From a virus (lineage: Duplodnaviria; Caudoviricetes), in IMG/VR virus record IMGVR_UViG_3300036778_000038, positions 1 through 38,695 of that record: DNA of 38,695 nt; one strand, 5' to 3'. This document shows positions 1 to 7,392 of this stretch, in pieces. The translations under genes were made by a program, and so were the position numbers. Below the pieces are notes generated by a model that was not told the origin of the DNA, searched no databases, and saw nothing but the letters and a program-made list of their open reading frames with translations. The stretch's first letter is position 1, and the number at the start of each line of letters is the position of its first letter.

Positions 1-26
1 ATATCCAAAGTGAATGAATATTTTTT

Positions 27-356
27 TCACAACTCCCCCCGTGCTTTGCCATCGCCCGTCGCCATGGCCGCATGCGATTCGCGAATCGTTTTCTTTTCGT
101 GGCAGTCATGGCACAACGTCTGCAAGTTCGACTCGTTATCGCTGCCGCCATTGGCACGGGCGACAATGTGATCGCACTCGGGTCTAGCACAAAGCCGACC
201 ACACACACGGCATCGATAGCCGTCACGACGGAACACACGCAACCGCATCGCACGCCATGCCCTGCCGAGTGGCTTCGGTTTGGCGTTCGGCGCGCGCTGC
301 CATGCGTCGCGCTTCACGTAACCGGGTGGCCTATGCGCTGGGGGTGCTGTCGGCAT
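27..356 (-). CDS. HNH endonuclease, HK97 gp74-like cos-packaging cofactor
   Basis: Motifs RDGYRCRVCG, ECDHIVARANGGSDNESNLQTLCHDCHEKKT; lies directly upstream of terS on the circular map. Start chosen at ATG 356 (MPTAPP); the ORF track starts it at 404. Confidence 0.9.
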   Translation of the reverse strand: MPTAPPAHRPPGYVKRDAWQRAPNAKPKPLGRAWRAMRLRVFRRDGYRCRVCGRLCARPECDHIVARANGGSDNESNLQTLCHDCHEKKTIRESHAAMATGDGKARGEL

Positions 357-633
357 GGTCGGTCGTGTGGATAGGTATACGGTTGCCCTTGAGGTCGACG
401 ACATAGTTCGCCTCGTCCTCGGCGGTATCGAGCATTGCGTTTAGCAAACCGTTGCACGCATCTGCCCATTGATAGACGGCGACTGTGTGGGCGTTGAGCG
501 CTTCGGCCAGGGTGTCGAGCTTGGCGAGTAGTGGCGCAATGTCGAGCGGCGGCGCGAGCGCTTGCGCATCGAGTAGGCGCCGACGAACGTCATCGGGAAG
601 GATGACGGACTGTTCGCTATCTGGGCTTGGCAT
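331..633 (-). CDS. hypothetical protein (100 aa, helical)
   Basis: ORF overlapping both neighbours in the late operon. Confidence 0.55.
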   Translation of the reverse strand: MPSPDSEQSVILPDDVRRRLLDAQALAPPLDIAPLLAKLDTLAEALNAHTVAVYQWADACNGLLNAMLDTAEDEANYVVDLKGNRIPIHTTDHADSTPSA

Positions 634-823
634 CGGTCGGCGCTCGCTTGGCTTCGTGTTCTATTTCGTCGGCACATAGGTCGGCCATGATCGACAACCC
701 GCGATGCAACGAGCGCTCGCCGTCGTGGCACTTGCTTCGGCCTAGCGTGTCGTTCTTGCGTCGAAAGAACCGCGCTCGTTCGCGCCACGCGGCGGCTAAG
801 CGGCGGGCGTCATCGTCGGTCAT
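617..823 (-). CDS. hypothetical protein, first gene after the predicted late promoter
   Basis: ATG at 823 (MTDDDARRLAAAW) downstream of the promoter and hairpin; overlaps the next ORF. Confidence 0.5.
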   Translation of the reverse strand: MTDDDARRLAAAWRERARFFRRKNDTLGRSKCHDGERSLHRGLSIMADLCADEIEHEAKRAPTDAKPR

Positions 824-842
824 GGGGGTAGGCCAGGAACGG

Positions 843-867
843 CAACGCCCGCGCGTGGCGGGCGTTG
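843..867 (-). terminator. GC-rich hairpin in the late leader (tR'-like or pause hairpin)
   Basis: caacgcccgc-N5-gcgggcgttg inverted repeat just downstream of the predicted late promoter; no clear U-tract. Confidence 0.4.
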
Positions 868-890
868 TGGGGTGGCTTTGGTTGTGCCGA

Positions 891-919
891 AACGTAATGG
901 GTTTTAGTGCGCACTGCAA
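891..919 (-). promoter_or_regulatory. predicted sigma70 late promoter (pR'-like)
   Basis: TTGCAG(919-914)-17 nt-TACGTT(896-891) immediately downstream of the Q-like gene; palindrome AGTGCGCACT (906-915) in the spacer. Confidence 0.55.
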
Positions 920-953
920 GCGATTCGACATAAGCGTTCGGCTTTCCGAGGTT

Positions 954-1370
954 TTAGGCGTGACGTCGGGTTTCCATGGTGAACGGCAAATGCAGCCAGC
1001 CGGCGACGTAGTGTTTCGCGAGTTTTAGGTTCGTGTAGAACGCGCGGCGGCTGATGCTGAGCCGATCACGCTTGCGGATGCGTTGCAACTTGTGTTCGAG
1101 CGCGGCGTTTTTCATCCAGTATTCGGCGCGCAATACGGCCGCCATCGCGTCGCCGCCGATTTGCTGGCGCATAGCACACACGGCGAATTCGACCTCGTCG
1201 GCTGGCGTGCCAATGATCGGGCGCGGGTTTAAACCCTGGGGCGCGCGACCGTGATATTTCATAAGCACGGCAAGCGGTGACGAACTGGTCACGCCCACGG
1301 CTTCGTATTTGCCGCCCGCGTATTCGTCCGCCCATTCGCCGAGGCGACGTTCGAGTTCGTTCAATGGCAT
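954..1370 (-). CDS. antiterminator Q-like late gene regulator
   Basis: LERRLGEWA N-terminus and AVLRAEYW...ISRRAFYTNLKLAKHYVAGWL C-terminal HTH pattern; last gene of the replication operon before the late promoter. Confidence 0.7.
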   Translation of the reverse strand: MPLNELERRLGEWADEYAGGKYEAVGVTSSSPLAVLMKYHGRAPQGLNPRPIIGTPADEVEFAVCAMRQQIGGDAMAAVLRAEYWMKNAALEHKLQRIRKRDRLSISRRAFYTNLKLAKHYVAGWLHLPFTMETRRHA

Positions 1371-1383
1371 GTCGGCGCATGTC

Positions 1384-1665
1384 CTAATCGTATTTACGGC
1401 GAGCGCGAAGTTCGGTTTTTAAATCGGCACTGATATCGAACGCGCTTGCCTTTTGGTTATACGTGCCAACCATCCACGCGACCGCCTCGGGCGGAATTTG
1501 TGCATATCCTGGCAATAGTCGAATATTGCCTAAGCTGTCCAAAAAAACGATCTGAGGCAAATGCATCATTCGCTTTGCGATAGCTAACGCCGCACGCTTG
1601 CAATCCTCGATATGTTGGATTTGGCAAACGACGGGGCCGAAATGTGCGCCCGATATCGTGTTCAT
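1384..1665 (-). CDS. hypothetical protein
   Basis: 93-aa ORF with GAGG RBS, tightly packed in the operon. Confidence 0.6.
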   Translation of the reverse strand: MNTISGAHFGPVVCQIQHIEDCKRAALAIAKRMMHLPQIVFLDSLGNIRLLPGYAQIPPEAVAWMVGTYNQKASAFDISADLKTELRARRKYD

Positions 1666-1669
1666 GGCA

Positions 1670-1870
1670 TCACCTCGCGAGTTTGTATTGCCCCTTATCT
1701 AAGCCCGACGCGATAGCGAGCGACCATTCGACGACTTTATCGACGGGCGTCGTCGTAATCTGGCATTCGTGCTCGATGATGCGCGTCGCCTGCTTGAACG
1801 CTTCCGGGTTGCTGAGCATGGCGACGGCTATCGCTAGAACGTCGGGGTTGATGTCGAGCCGATCATTCAT
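1670..1870 (-). CDS. hypothetical protein
   Basis: 66-aa ORF overlapping the upstream stop. Confidence 0.6.
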   Translation of the reverse strand: MNDRLDINPDVLAIAVAMLSNPEAFKQATRIIEHECQITTTPVDKVVEWSLAIASGLDKGQYKLAR

Positions 1871-2693
1871 GGCCGCGTTTTTCTACGTTGTTTTTCAGTG
1901 TGCCGAAATCTTTGCCGACGATGACACGGTCGGCTTCGGTCAAGTCTTGCCATGCATCGAGCAATGCATCGAGGCCGCTTTCGCCCGCGCGTTCGAGCGC
2001 GGCCATTAGCACGAGCTTGCGGTCGGTGCTTTCGGCTTCCGGGTCGATAGGTGCCGCGTTGCGTTCTTTGCGCCGCTTGTTGTGCCGGTCGTCGCTACGG
2101 TCGTCGGCTTTCTCGGGCGCGAACGCATCGGCGGCGGCCGTCGCCGCGATGACGGCGGCGACGAACGCGCGTTTCTGCGCCATCGATAAAACCGTGTTGT
2201 AGTGGTCGGCGAGGTTTGACGTCGGCTCGGTGTGAAAGATCATCCATTTCCCATCAACCTTGCGGTATGAGAATTCTTTGCCGCCGAGCAATTCAGCGTC
2301 GCGAGTTTTCCAGTAGTCCTGCGGAACAATCGCGCCCGTGTTTTCGCTTCGATAGCGATACTTCGTTTCTTTCGTCGTGCAAGATGACTCACGCTCGGCG
2401 AGGTCGTTGCCCGAAGCCGAGTAAAGTCGACACTTCGCGCGAACCTCGCGATGCTCGCCGGGGTAATCGACGGTTTCAAGTTCAAATTTCCAGTTAAACC
2501 GAAACATGCTGGCGATGACTTGCGCGCCGGCTTGATACAACGACTTTTTGTGCGTGCCAGGAATCACGCCGTAATGCTCGCCCTCGCGCATGCGTAGGCG
2601 TATCGCGTCCTGAATCATTTGGGCATGCGCGATAAGGGTTTCGACCGACACGATAGACGACGCATCGTCGACGGTTGCGAGTTGCTGAATCAT
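1863..2693 (-). CDS. putative single-strand annealing protein (RecT/Red-beta-like)
   Basis: HYGVIPGTHKKSLYQAGAQ and NTVLSMAQKRAFVAAV motifs resemble phage annealase families; family assignment is inference. Confidence 0.5.
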   Translation of the reverse strand: MIQQLATVDDASSIVSVETLIAHAQMIQDAIRLRMREGEHYGVIPGTHKKSLYQAGAQVIASMFRFNWKFELETVDYPGEHREVRAKCRLYSASGNDLAERESSCTTKETKYRYRSENTGAIVPQDYWKTRDAELLGGKEFSYRKVDGKWMIFHTEPTSNLADHYNTVLSMAQKRAFVAAVIAATAAADAFAPEKADDRSDDRHNKRRKERNAAPIDPEAESTDRKLVLMAALERAGESGLDALLDAWQDLTEADRVIVGKDFGTLKNNVEKRGHE

Positions 2694-2703
2694 GGCGCAG
2701 CCC

Positions 2704-3609
2704 TCAATAGTTGGAATTCTTGAACCCGGTCGGTAGCGGCGCCATTTTCCCTACATAAATCAGCGGGGAGCCGTCGGTATTTGCGTCGGAATGCGGCGGC
2801 ATGTCTTCGGCGTCGACGTAAAAGTCGCCGATGCTTTTTTGCACGAGGTTCACAAATTCGACGGCTAGTTCGTGTTGCAGGTATTCAAACCCGACGATGC
2901 GGATTTGAAAAAACGGCGTCGCATCGATGGCGCGCGTCGTGATCCGCACGAGTACGGCGCGCGACTTGAACCCAGTGTATGGCACGAGATGAAACGTTAA
3001 ACGCCCTGGCGTGCCGATGCTGGCGCCCGCTTCGACCTCCTCGAACGCCGAGCGTGTCGTTTTGCTTTCTTCGAGTTGCTGCGCATGCTCGCTTTTCTTC
3101 GTGACCTTCACGGAACGAAACGCGCCGATCAACTGCGAGGGCGATAAGCCCTGGCCGGCATCATCGAACGCCGTTATCAGGGTCGCGTTATCCTCCAGAA
3201 AATCGACCATCGCCGACTGCGATAGCGTGTTCGTATGCTGAGCCAGCAACGACGCCCATTCGGGCAACGCCTCAAGCTTGCAAAGTCCGTGATGCTCGAC
3301 ATGGCCGGGCAAGTCATCGTCGACGAGCCAGTCGAATAACGCGACGGCGCGCATTTCCTTTGGGTCGATAAAGATCGGCGCGTGCGTGAGCTTGTCCGCC
3401 TTGGCGTTGCGCGCGAAGTAGTTCGCGAAATCCTCGACGAGCGTCGTCGAAAACGTGCCGCGCTTGCGGTCGCGATGCGTGCGAAATGCTTCGGTCGAAC
3501 GTAGCTCGTAATTCGTCGGCACGATCACGGCGCCGTCGGGGATAGCCTGCCACGCGTGGGCGGCCGTGATGAGTTCTTCAAGTTTGATAATGTCCACCGT
3601 GTCGCTCAT
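2704..3609 (-). CDS. yfdQ: YfdQ-like / DUF2303 family phage protein
   Basis: RDRKRGTFSTTLVEDFANY, IFIDPKEMRAVALFD, PGHVEH, LSQSAMVDFLED pattern; follows its usual partner gene. Confidence 0.75.
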   Translation of the reverse strand: MSDTVDIIKLEELITAAHAWQAIPDGAVIVPTNYELRSTEAFRTHRDRKRGTFSTTLVEDFANYFARNAKADKLTHAPIFIDPKEMRAVALFDWLVDDDLPGHVEHHGLCKLEALPEWASLLAQHTNTLSQSAMVDFLEDNATLITAFDDAGQGLSPSQLIGAFRSVKVTKKSEHAQQLEESKTTRSAFEEVEAGASIGTPGRLTFHLVPYTGFKSRAVLVRITTRAIDATPFFQIRIVGFEYLQHELAVEFVNLVQKSIGDFYVDAEDMPPHSDANTDGSPLIYVGKMAPLPTGFKNSNY

Positions 3610-3612
3610 GGC

Positions 3613-3942
3613 TTAGCCCTCGGCCTGTCGTGCGTGAAAAAGGTCGCCCGTTGTTTCGAGCACAGTTAGAACGCCGCCGACGCCGACGTGTAGCGGTGTC
3701 GAGGTCGTGTTTTCCTCGATGTTCTTGCCGTGCTCGGTCGGCTTGGAAAAAAGAACTTTGTGAGTCATTTCGACCTGTGTCGATTCGCCGATGCGTTCAA
3801 AATCGAACGTCAATAACACGCGGCCTTTTTTGCCGTGTATGGCGACGCCGAGCGCCACGTCGGCGAATGCCTTCGCGACTTTCTGCCGGAAAACTCCGGC
3901 GTCGAGCTGGTCGAATAGTTCGGCTGGGTTGTTGTCGTTCAT
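3613..3942 (-). CDS. yfdP: YfdP-like phage protein
   Basis: LDAGVFRQKV...KKGRVLLTFD...KPTEHGKNIEENTTSTPLHVGVGG, directly upstream of the YfdQ-like gene. Confidence 0.7.
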   Translation of the reverse strand: MNDNNPAELFDQLDAGVFRQKVAKAFADVALGVAIHGKKGRVLLTFDFERIGESTQVEMTHKVLFSKPTEHGKNIEENTTSTPLHVGVGGVLTVLETTGDLFHARQAEG

Positions 3943-4457
3943 GGCTGAACCTCACGGATGACGGGATGAGATGAGGCGATGAGAACCGAACGCGGCAATC
4001 GGCGAACATCGAACGCGCGTAAGCTCGTGCCGTCGCCGTTGTTGATTTCGGGAAAGTCGCGGCGGTTACGCCATGCCGGGTTATCACGCCAGAATTGGCG
4101 CAATTCGTTTAGGTCGATAAGAAACCATCGCGCGACCTCGCCCGCGATGTCGGCGGCGAATCCGTACCAAAGCCAATCACAATGGCCGGTTTCGATTTTT
4201 TCAAGTTCGGTTTTTGAGTTGCCTACGCGGCATCGCAAAGTGAAGTCGAACGGGTATTTGATCGCACACGACGCGTCACGTATGCGTAAGCCAATGTGCA
4301 ACGGATGCATGGTGACCGTTACAAGGTCGGCGGCATGATGCATGTCGTCGTCCATATCCGATACGCGCAACACGTACCTACCGCATATCGCGATGGCCGC
4401 CTCGGTGTAGGCATCTGCCCAAAGACGCAAGCGAACAAATTTCGGGTAGTCGGTCAT
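3939..4457 (-). CDS. conserved hypothetical protein, possibly restriction-endonuclease-like fold
   Basis: D..D.....DL, FTLR...KTELEKI..G.CDWLWYGF motifs; fold is a guess. Confidence 0.55.
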   Translation of the reverse strand: MTDYPKFVRLRLWADAYTEAAIAICGRYVLRVSDMDDDMHHAADLVTVTMHPLHIGLRIRDASCAIKYPFDFTLRCRVGNSKTELEKIETGHCDWLWYGFAADIAGEVARWFLIDLNELRQFWRDNPAWRNRRDFPEINNGDGTSLRAFDVRRLPRSVLIASSHPVIREVQP

Positions 4458-4459
4458 AG

Positions 4460-4669
4460 CTACGCCGCCGAATGCTTAATCGTGAAACGCTGTCCACGAT
4501 TCCACGCGCCGACGGCTTCGACGAGTGTCGGCATATGCGGCGTTTTCTGACCGCAAAGCGAACACTCGACAAAAAATATCCCGAGCCATTCGTAAGCGTG
4601 CGGCGGTCGTTCGCATGTCTTGCAAACGGTCGGGCTCGTATCGCCGAATTTGATTTGACGCTGAGTCAT
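4460..4669 (-). CDS. Lar-family (restriction alleviation-like) zinc-ribbon protein
   Basis: CKTC...FFVECSLCG...EAVGAWNR signature; GAGGT RBS before ATG 4669. Confidence 0.7.
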   Translation of the reverse strand: MTQRQIKFGDTSPTVCKTCERPPHAYEWLGIFFVECSLCGQKTPHMPTLVEAVGAWNRGQRFTIKHSAA

Positions 4670-4682
4670 AAAATCCACCTCG

Positions 4683-4982
4683 CTAGGGTTCCTGGCGTTT
4701 GTTCAATTGCGCTTCGACTTGCGACACAATCGATTCGGGGTCGGCGCGTAATTGCGCCAACACTGAGCGACCCTTTAAATCGAGGAATTCGAGATAATGC
4801 CGACCGCATAGGCCGATACGCGCGCCGCCTGCTACGGTTTGAAACTGGTCGGCGAAACTGCGCATATATCGACCGTGCCCGACGTAGGTCATGCAATCGC
4901 GGACGAGGCAATAAATCGGCGTCACGTTATGTGCGGGTGCTGGCGTGGGCGCGGTCGATTCGTCGTCGTTAAAGTTATGCAT
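4683..4982 (-). CDS. hypothetical Cys/His-containing protein downstream of the replication initiator
   Basis: CLVRDC...LCGRH; overlaps the initiator stop. Confidence 0.6.
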   Translation of the reverse strand: MHNFNDDESTAPTPAPAHNVTPIYCLVRDCMTYVGHGRYMRSFADQFQTVAGGARIGLCGRHYLEFLDLKGRSVLAQLRADPESIVSQVEAQLNKRQEP

Positions 4983-5850
4983 CGAAAAAACCCTCGCTCA
5001 CTTTCGCGAAATTGTCGGGTTTGCAAAACCAAAACAGGGACGGACGAAAGCGGCGCGAGTGTCCGTTGCTCGGTTGCACCTTGCCCATGAGAAAAGCGTT
5101 CGTGCGAATGTGCTCGAAATAACGGCGCCAACTATCGAGGCTTTGCAAATCTCCCTCGCGAATGCGCGAACGAATACTCGACGCCCTGGCGCTCGTGAGC
5201 TTGCGCACGGCTGGCAGCTCGGGCATGAGCTGATGCCATAGCGCGACGACTTCGTCGGGTGACGGTTTGGCGGGTTTCGGTTTGCTGGCGCTGGCGCCGT
5301 TCGGCTTGTTGCCCGCGATCACGCTTTGCTCACGTTCAACACGAGGGGCATTAGCGCCAGCTAATTGCCCTATATCTTTTGCAGAAGAAACAGAAGGCAC
5401 AGAAGAAACAGAAGAAACAGAAGAAACAGAAGAAACAGCCGTACATGCAATGACATTGTCATTGCTTGCAATTGCCTTACCCGACATGTCGTTACATGCA
5501 ATTGCATTTTTCGGTTCGGGTTCATCGGGAAGCCGAGAACGCGGCTCGTGTGGGTGCGGGTGCTGGTGCTCGTCAAACTTCGTGACCTTGATGACTTTGA
5601 CGCCGTCGACGACGTATCGCCGAATGAAATCGATGGCAGCAAGCATGCCGAGCCATTGCTCGATATCGGCATTCGTGACGGCATCGTCAAAAGCGAACAG
5701 CTCGCCGCGAATTTTGCCGGGTCGGTCCTCCAACAAGCCGGGCCGAAGCGCGAGCCCGGTCAAGCCGAGTGCCAGTAAGCGCACGTAAGGCGGCAAGGCG
5801 CCGAGAAACTCGTTTCGCCAAAAGCCGGGCCGCAATGAGCGCGAATGCAT
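4975..5850 (-). CDS. phage replication initiator (lambda O-like)
   Basis: N-terminal RSLRPGFW...RLLALGL...LEDRPGKIRGELFAFDD, low-complexity linker with DNA repeats, C-terminal WHQLMPELP...FLMG...LFWFCKPDNFAKVSEG; alternative start 5874. Confidence 0.8.
   Translation of the reverse strand: MHSRSLRPGFWRNEFLGALPPYVRLLALGLTGLALRPGLLEDRPGKIRGELFAFDDAVTNADIEQWLGMLAAIDFIRRYVVDGVKVIKVTKFDEHQHPHPHEPRSRLPDEPEPKNAIACNDMSGKAIASNDNVIACTAVSSVSSVSSVSSVPSVSSAKDIGQLAGANAPRVEREQSVIAGNKPNGASASKPKPAKPSPDEVVALWHQLMPELPAVRKLTSARASSIRSRIREGDLQSLDSWRRYFEHIRTNAFLMGKVQPSNGHSRRFRPSLFWFCKPDNFAKVSEGFFDA
5382..5507. repeat. candidate replication origin inside the initiator gene
   Basis: Six tandem 9-mers CAGAAGAAA (5382-5435, one variant), then three TGCAAT-containing iteron-like boxes near 5443, 5464 and 5494. 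Confidence 0.65.
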
Positions 5851-5854
5851 GAGT

Positions 5855-6067
5855 TCAAGCCTCGGCGATGACATGGCGGCGGCGGTCTTGAACGGCGATA
5901 AACAGGCTTATGCGGGCTTCGTGATGCATCATCGCCACGTCGGCTAGGGCTCGGGCGTCGGGGCGGTTAGGCGCCCATGTGAGAAGCTCGACGGCGCGCA
6001 TGCGATGCCAGTCGAGCAACGCGTCGACCTCGTCGTCGGTCAGACGAATGCGGTTGCGTGAGGCCAT
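5855..6067 (-). CDS. hypothetical protein
   Basis: 70-aa ORF with GAGGT RBS between the cro-like gene and the initiator. Confidence 0.6.
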   Translation of the reverse strand: MASRNRIRLTDDEVDALLDWHRMRAVELLTWAPNRPDARALADVAMMHHEARISLFIAVQDRRRHVIAEA

Positions 6068-6077
6068 GGCGCCGACC

Positions 6078-6329
6078 TCAAGCGAATTTGCGGCGGCGAT
6101 TTACGCGCGGGTCGGCGTCGCCCTCGTAAATCGGGAATTCCTGGGCGATTTCGCGAAAGGTATCGGCCCAAAAGGCGCGATCAATCCAGCCGGCGAGCGT
6201 CTTTTGATGCGACGGCGGCAAGGGCTCGTCTATCGGGTAGCCGAGTACGGTTTGCTGAGTAACGCCGAGGATTTCGGCAAGCGCTCGCGAGGTTCCATAG
6301 CGTTCCTGCGCTTGGCGGCGGGTGATCAT
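6078..6329 (-). CDS. Cro-like HTH regulator
   Basis: MITRRQAQERYGTSRALAEILGVTQQTV...PLP Cro pattern; GAGGG RBS; first gene of the replication operon. Confidence 0.7.
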   Translation of the reverse strand: MITRRQAQERYGTSRALAEILGVTQQTVLGYPIDEPLPPSHQKTLAGWIDRAFWADTFREIAQEFPIYEGDADPRVNRRRKFA

Positions 6330-6364
6330 GGCGTGACCCTCGAAAAATTCGGTAAGGGTCGTTG

Positions 6365-6392
6365 ATACTGCACCACGCAAAACCGAATGCAA
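6365..6392 (-). promoter_or_regulatory. predicted promoter for the cro operon
   Basis: TTGCAT(6392-6387)-16 nt-CAGTAT(6370-6365), with degenerate operator TCGGTTTTGCGT in the spacer. Confidence 0.4.
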
Positions 6393-6720
6393 CAAGCGCA
6401 ACGACGTCGTTCGGACGTCCAAAACGGAAAGCCGAAAAAATCGCGCGCTGCCCTTGCCGGTATGCGCACGTATGCGCGCATACACGCACAACTTTTGACG
6501 ATGTCATCACGGCGCCGTGGCGCGGTTTGAGCGCCAGCCCGCGCCGCGCTTCGATTCCCTGGGGTTTCTCGGGTTTCCGAATTGTCGTCAAACCTTCACA
6601 TTTATCGTTCGTTCATTTAGACGGCTAATCGCCCTGTTTCATCCCTGGCTCGGCCATCTTTCAGGGTGGCGCCAGCCCGGCCGCGTCGATAGGGTGATCG
6701 AGCCGGGCGGGTCGCGGTCG

Positions 6721-6736
6721 TGTTCCATGTGAAACG
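6721..6736. promoter_or_regulatory. parS-like site (host chromosomal type)
   Basis: TGTTCCATGTGAAACG versus consensus NGTTNCACGTGAAACN: one mismatch, intergenic. Confidence 0.55.
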
Positions 6737-6812
6737 CCGCGCCGGCTCCCCCTGTCCGTTAGGCGGTCACAGGCCGCGCCACGGCTCGCCCGGTTCCCCT
6801 TGAGGTTTCCCC

Positions 6813-6841
6813 TTGCGTCGATCCTGGCGCGTTGCTACCGT
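6813..6841 (+). promoter_or_regulatory. predicted sigma70 promoter of the candidate sRNA
   Basis: TTGCGT(6813-6818)-17 nt-TACCGT(6836-6841) with extended -10 TG. Confidence 0.55.
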
Positions 6842-6847
6842 TCGCGC

Positions 6848-6950
6848 GTGGTTTGGGTTTGTCCGGTCCCGGCGACCTGGGCCGCACGCCTGCTAGGGCA
6901 GGGAATCCGGCGCCGTGTTTCCCTACCGGTTCACGGCGCCGGCATTCTTT
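6848..6950 (+). ncRNA. candidate ~100-nt trans-acting antisense sRNA
   Basis: Promoter upstream, internal hairpin 6864-6884, 11-bp terminal stem (6907-6917/6932-6942) plus CATTCTTT, no credible ORF; segments complementary to the int RBS. Confidence 0.5.
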
Positions 6951-7364
6951 CCCGCCATTTCCTCGGCATCCCGAGCGAATCATTCGGAAACCCCTAGAAC
7001 CGCCCGGCGTGGTGACTTACTGGCGACTTTTCGCCGATACGCCAGCTCGACAAGCGAGCAACGGCGCGGCCTGCCAGGGTGACGACAAGTAACCCAAAGA
7101 AACTCACACATCGGAAACCCGAACGTGATTCGCGCACGTATGCGCACGTATGCGCGCATCTTTTCACGCCTAACTCACTAGAAACGTTCGGGTTTCCGAG
7201 TCCATACGGGGGCGTAAGGCCGAACCCGTTGCCCTGGCTCAACGCGCCAGCCTGAGCCGGTGTGGTGATCAACCGGTGACATCGAATGCAAGTATTCATG
7301 CGGTGACCATTTGGTTACCTATCGCGGGTCTATACCGCGCCAGCCCGCGCCCGTGCTGAGCTGA

Positions 7365-7392
7365 TTGATTAGTTCGGGTTTCCGAATAGAAT
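7365..7392 (+). promoter_or_regulatory. predicted integrase promoter with operator in the spacer
   Basis: TTGATT(7365-7370)-16 nt-TAGAAT(7387-7392); TCGGGTTTCCGA at 7374-7385. Confidence 0.6.

Noticed and set aside
5382-5438. Tandem repeats as a CRISPR or guide array
   Set aside because: 9-bp units with no spacers, in frame inside the initiator gene; no cas or other effector gene
7190-7260. tRNA/tmRNA-derived att core
   Set aside because: No T-arm/CCA 3'-end pattern recognised; the core could not be located by eye
6181-7299. ORF-track ORFs in the control region (e.g. 6362-6628, 6759-6983, 6832-7092, 6994-7299) as a hidden cI
   Set aside because: No HTH pattern, no convincing RBS, low-complexity translations overlapping promoters and repeats
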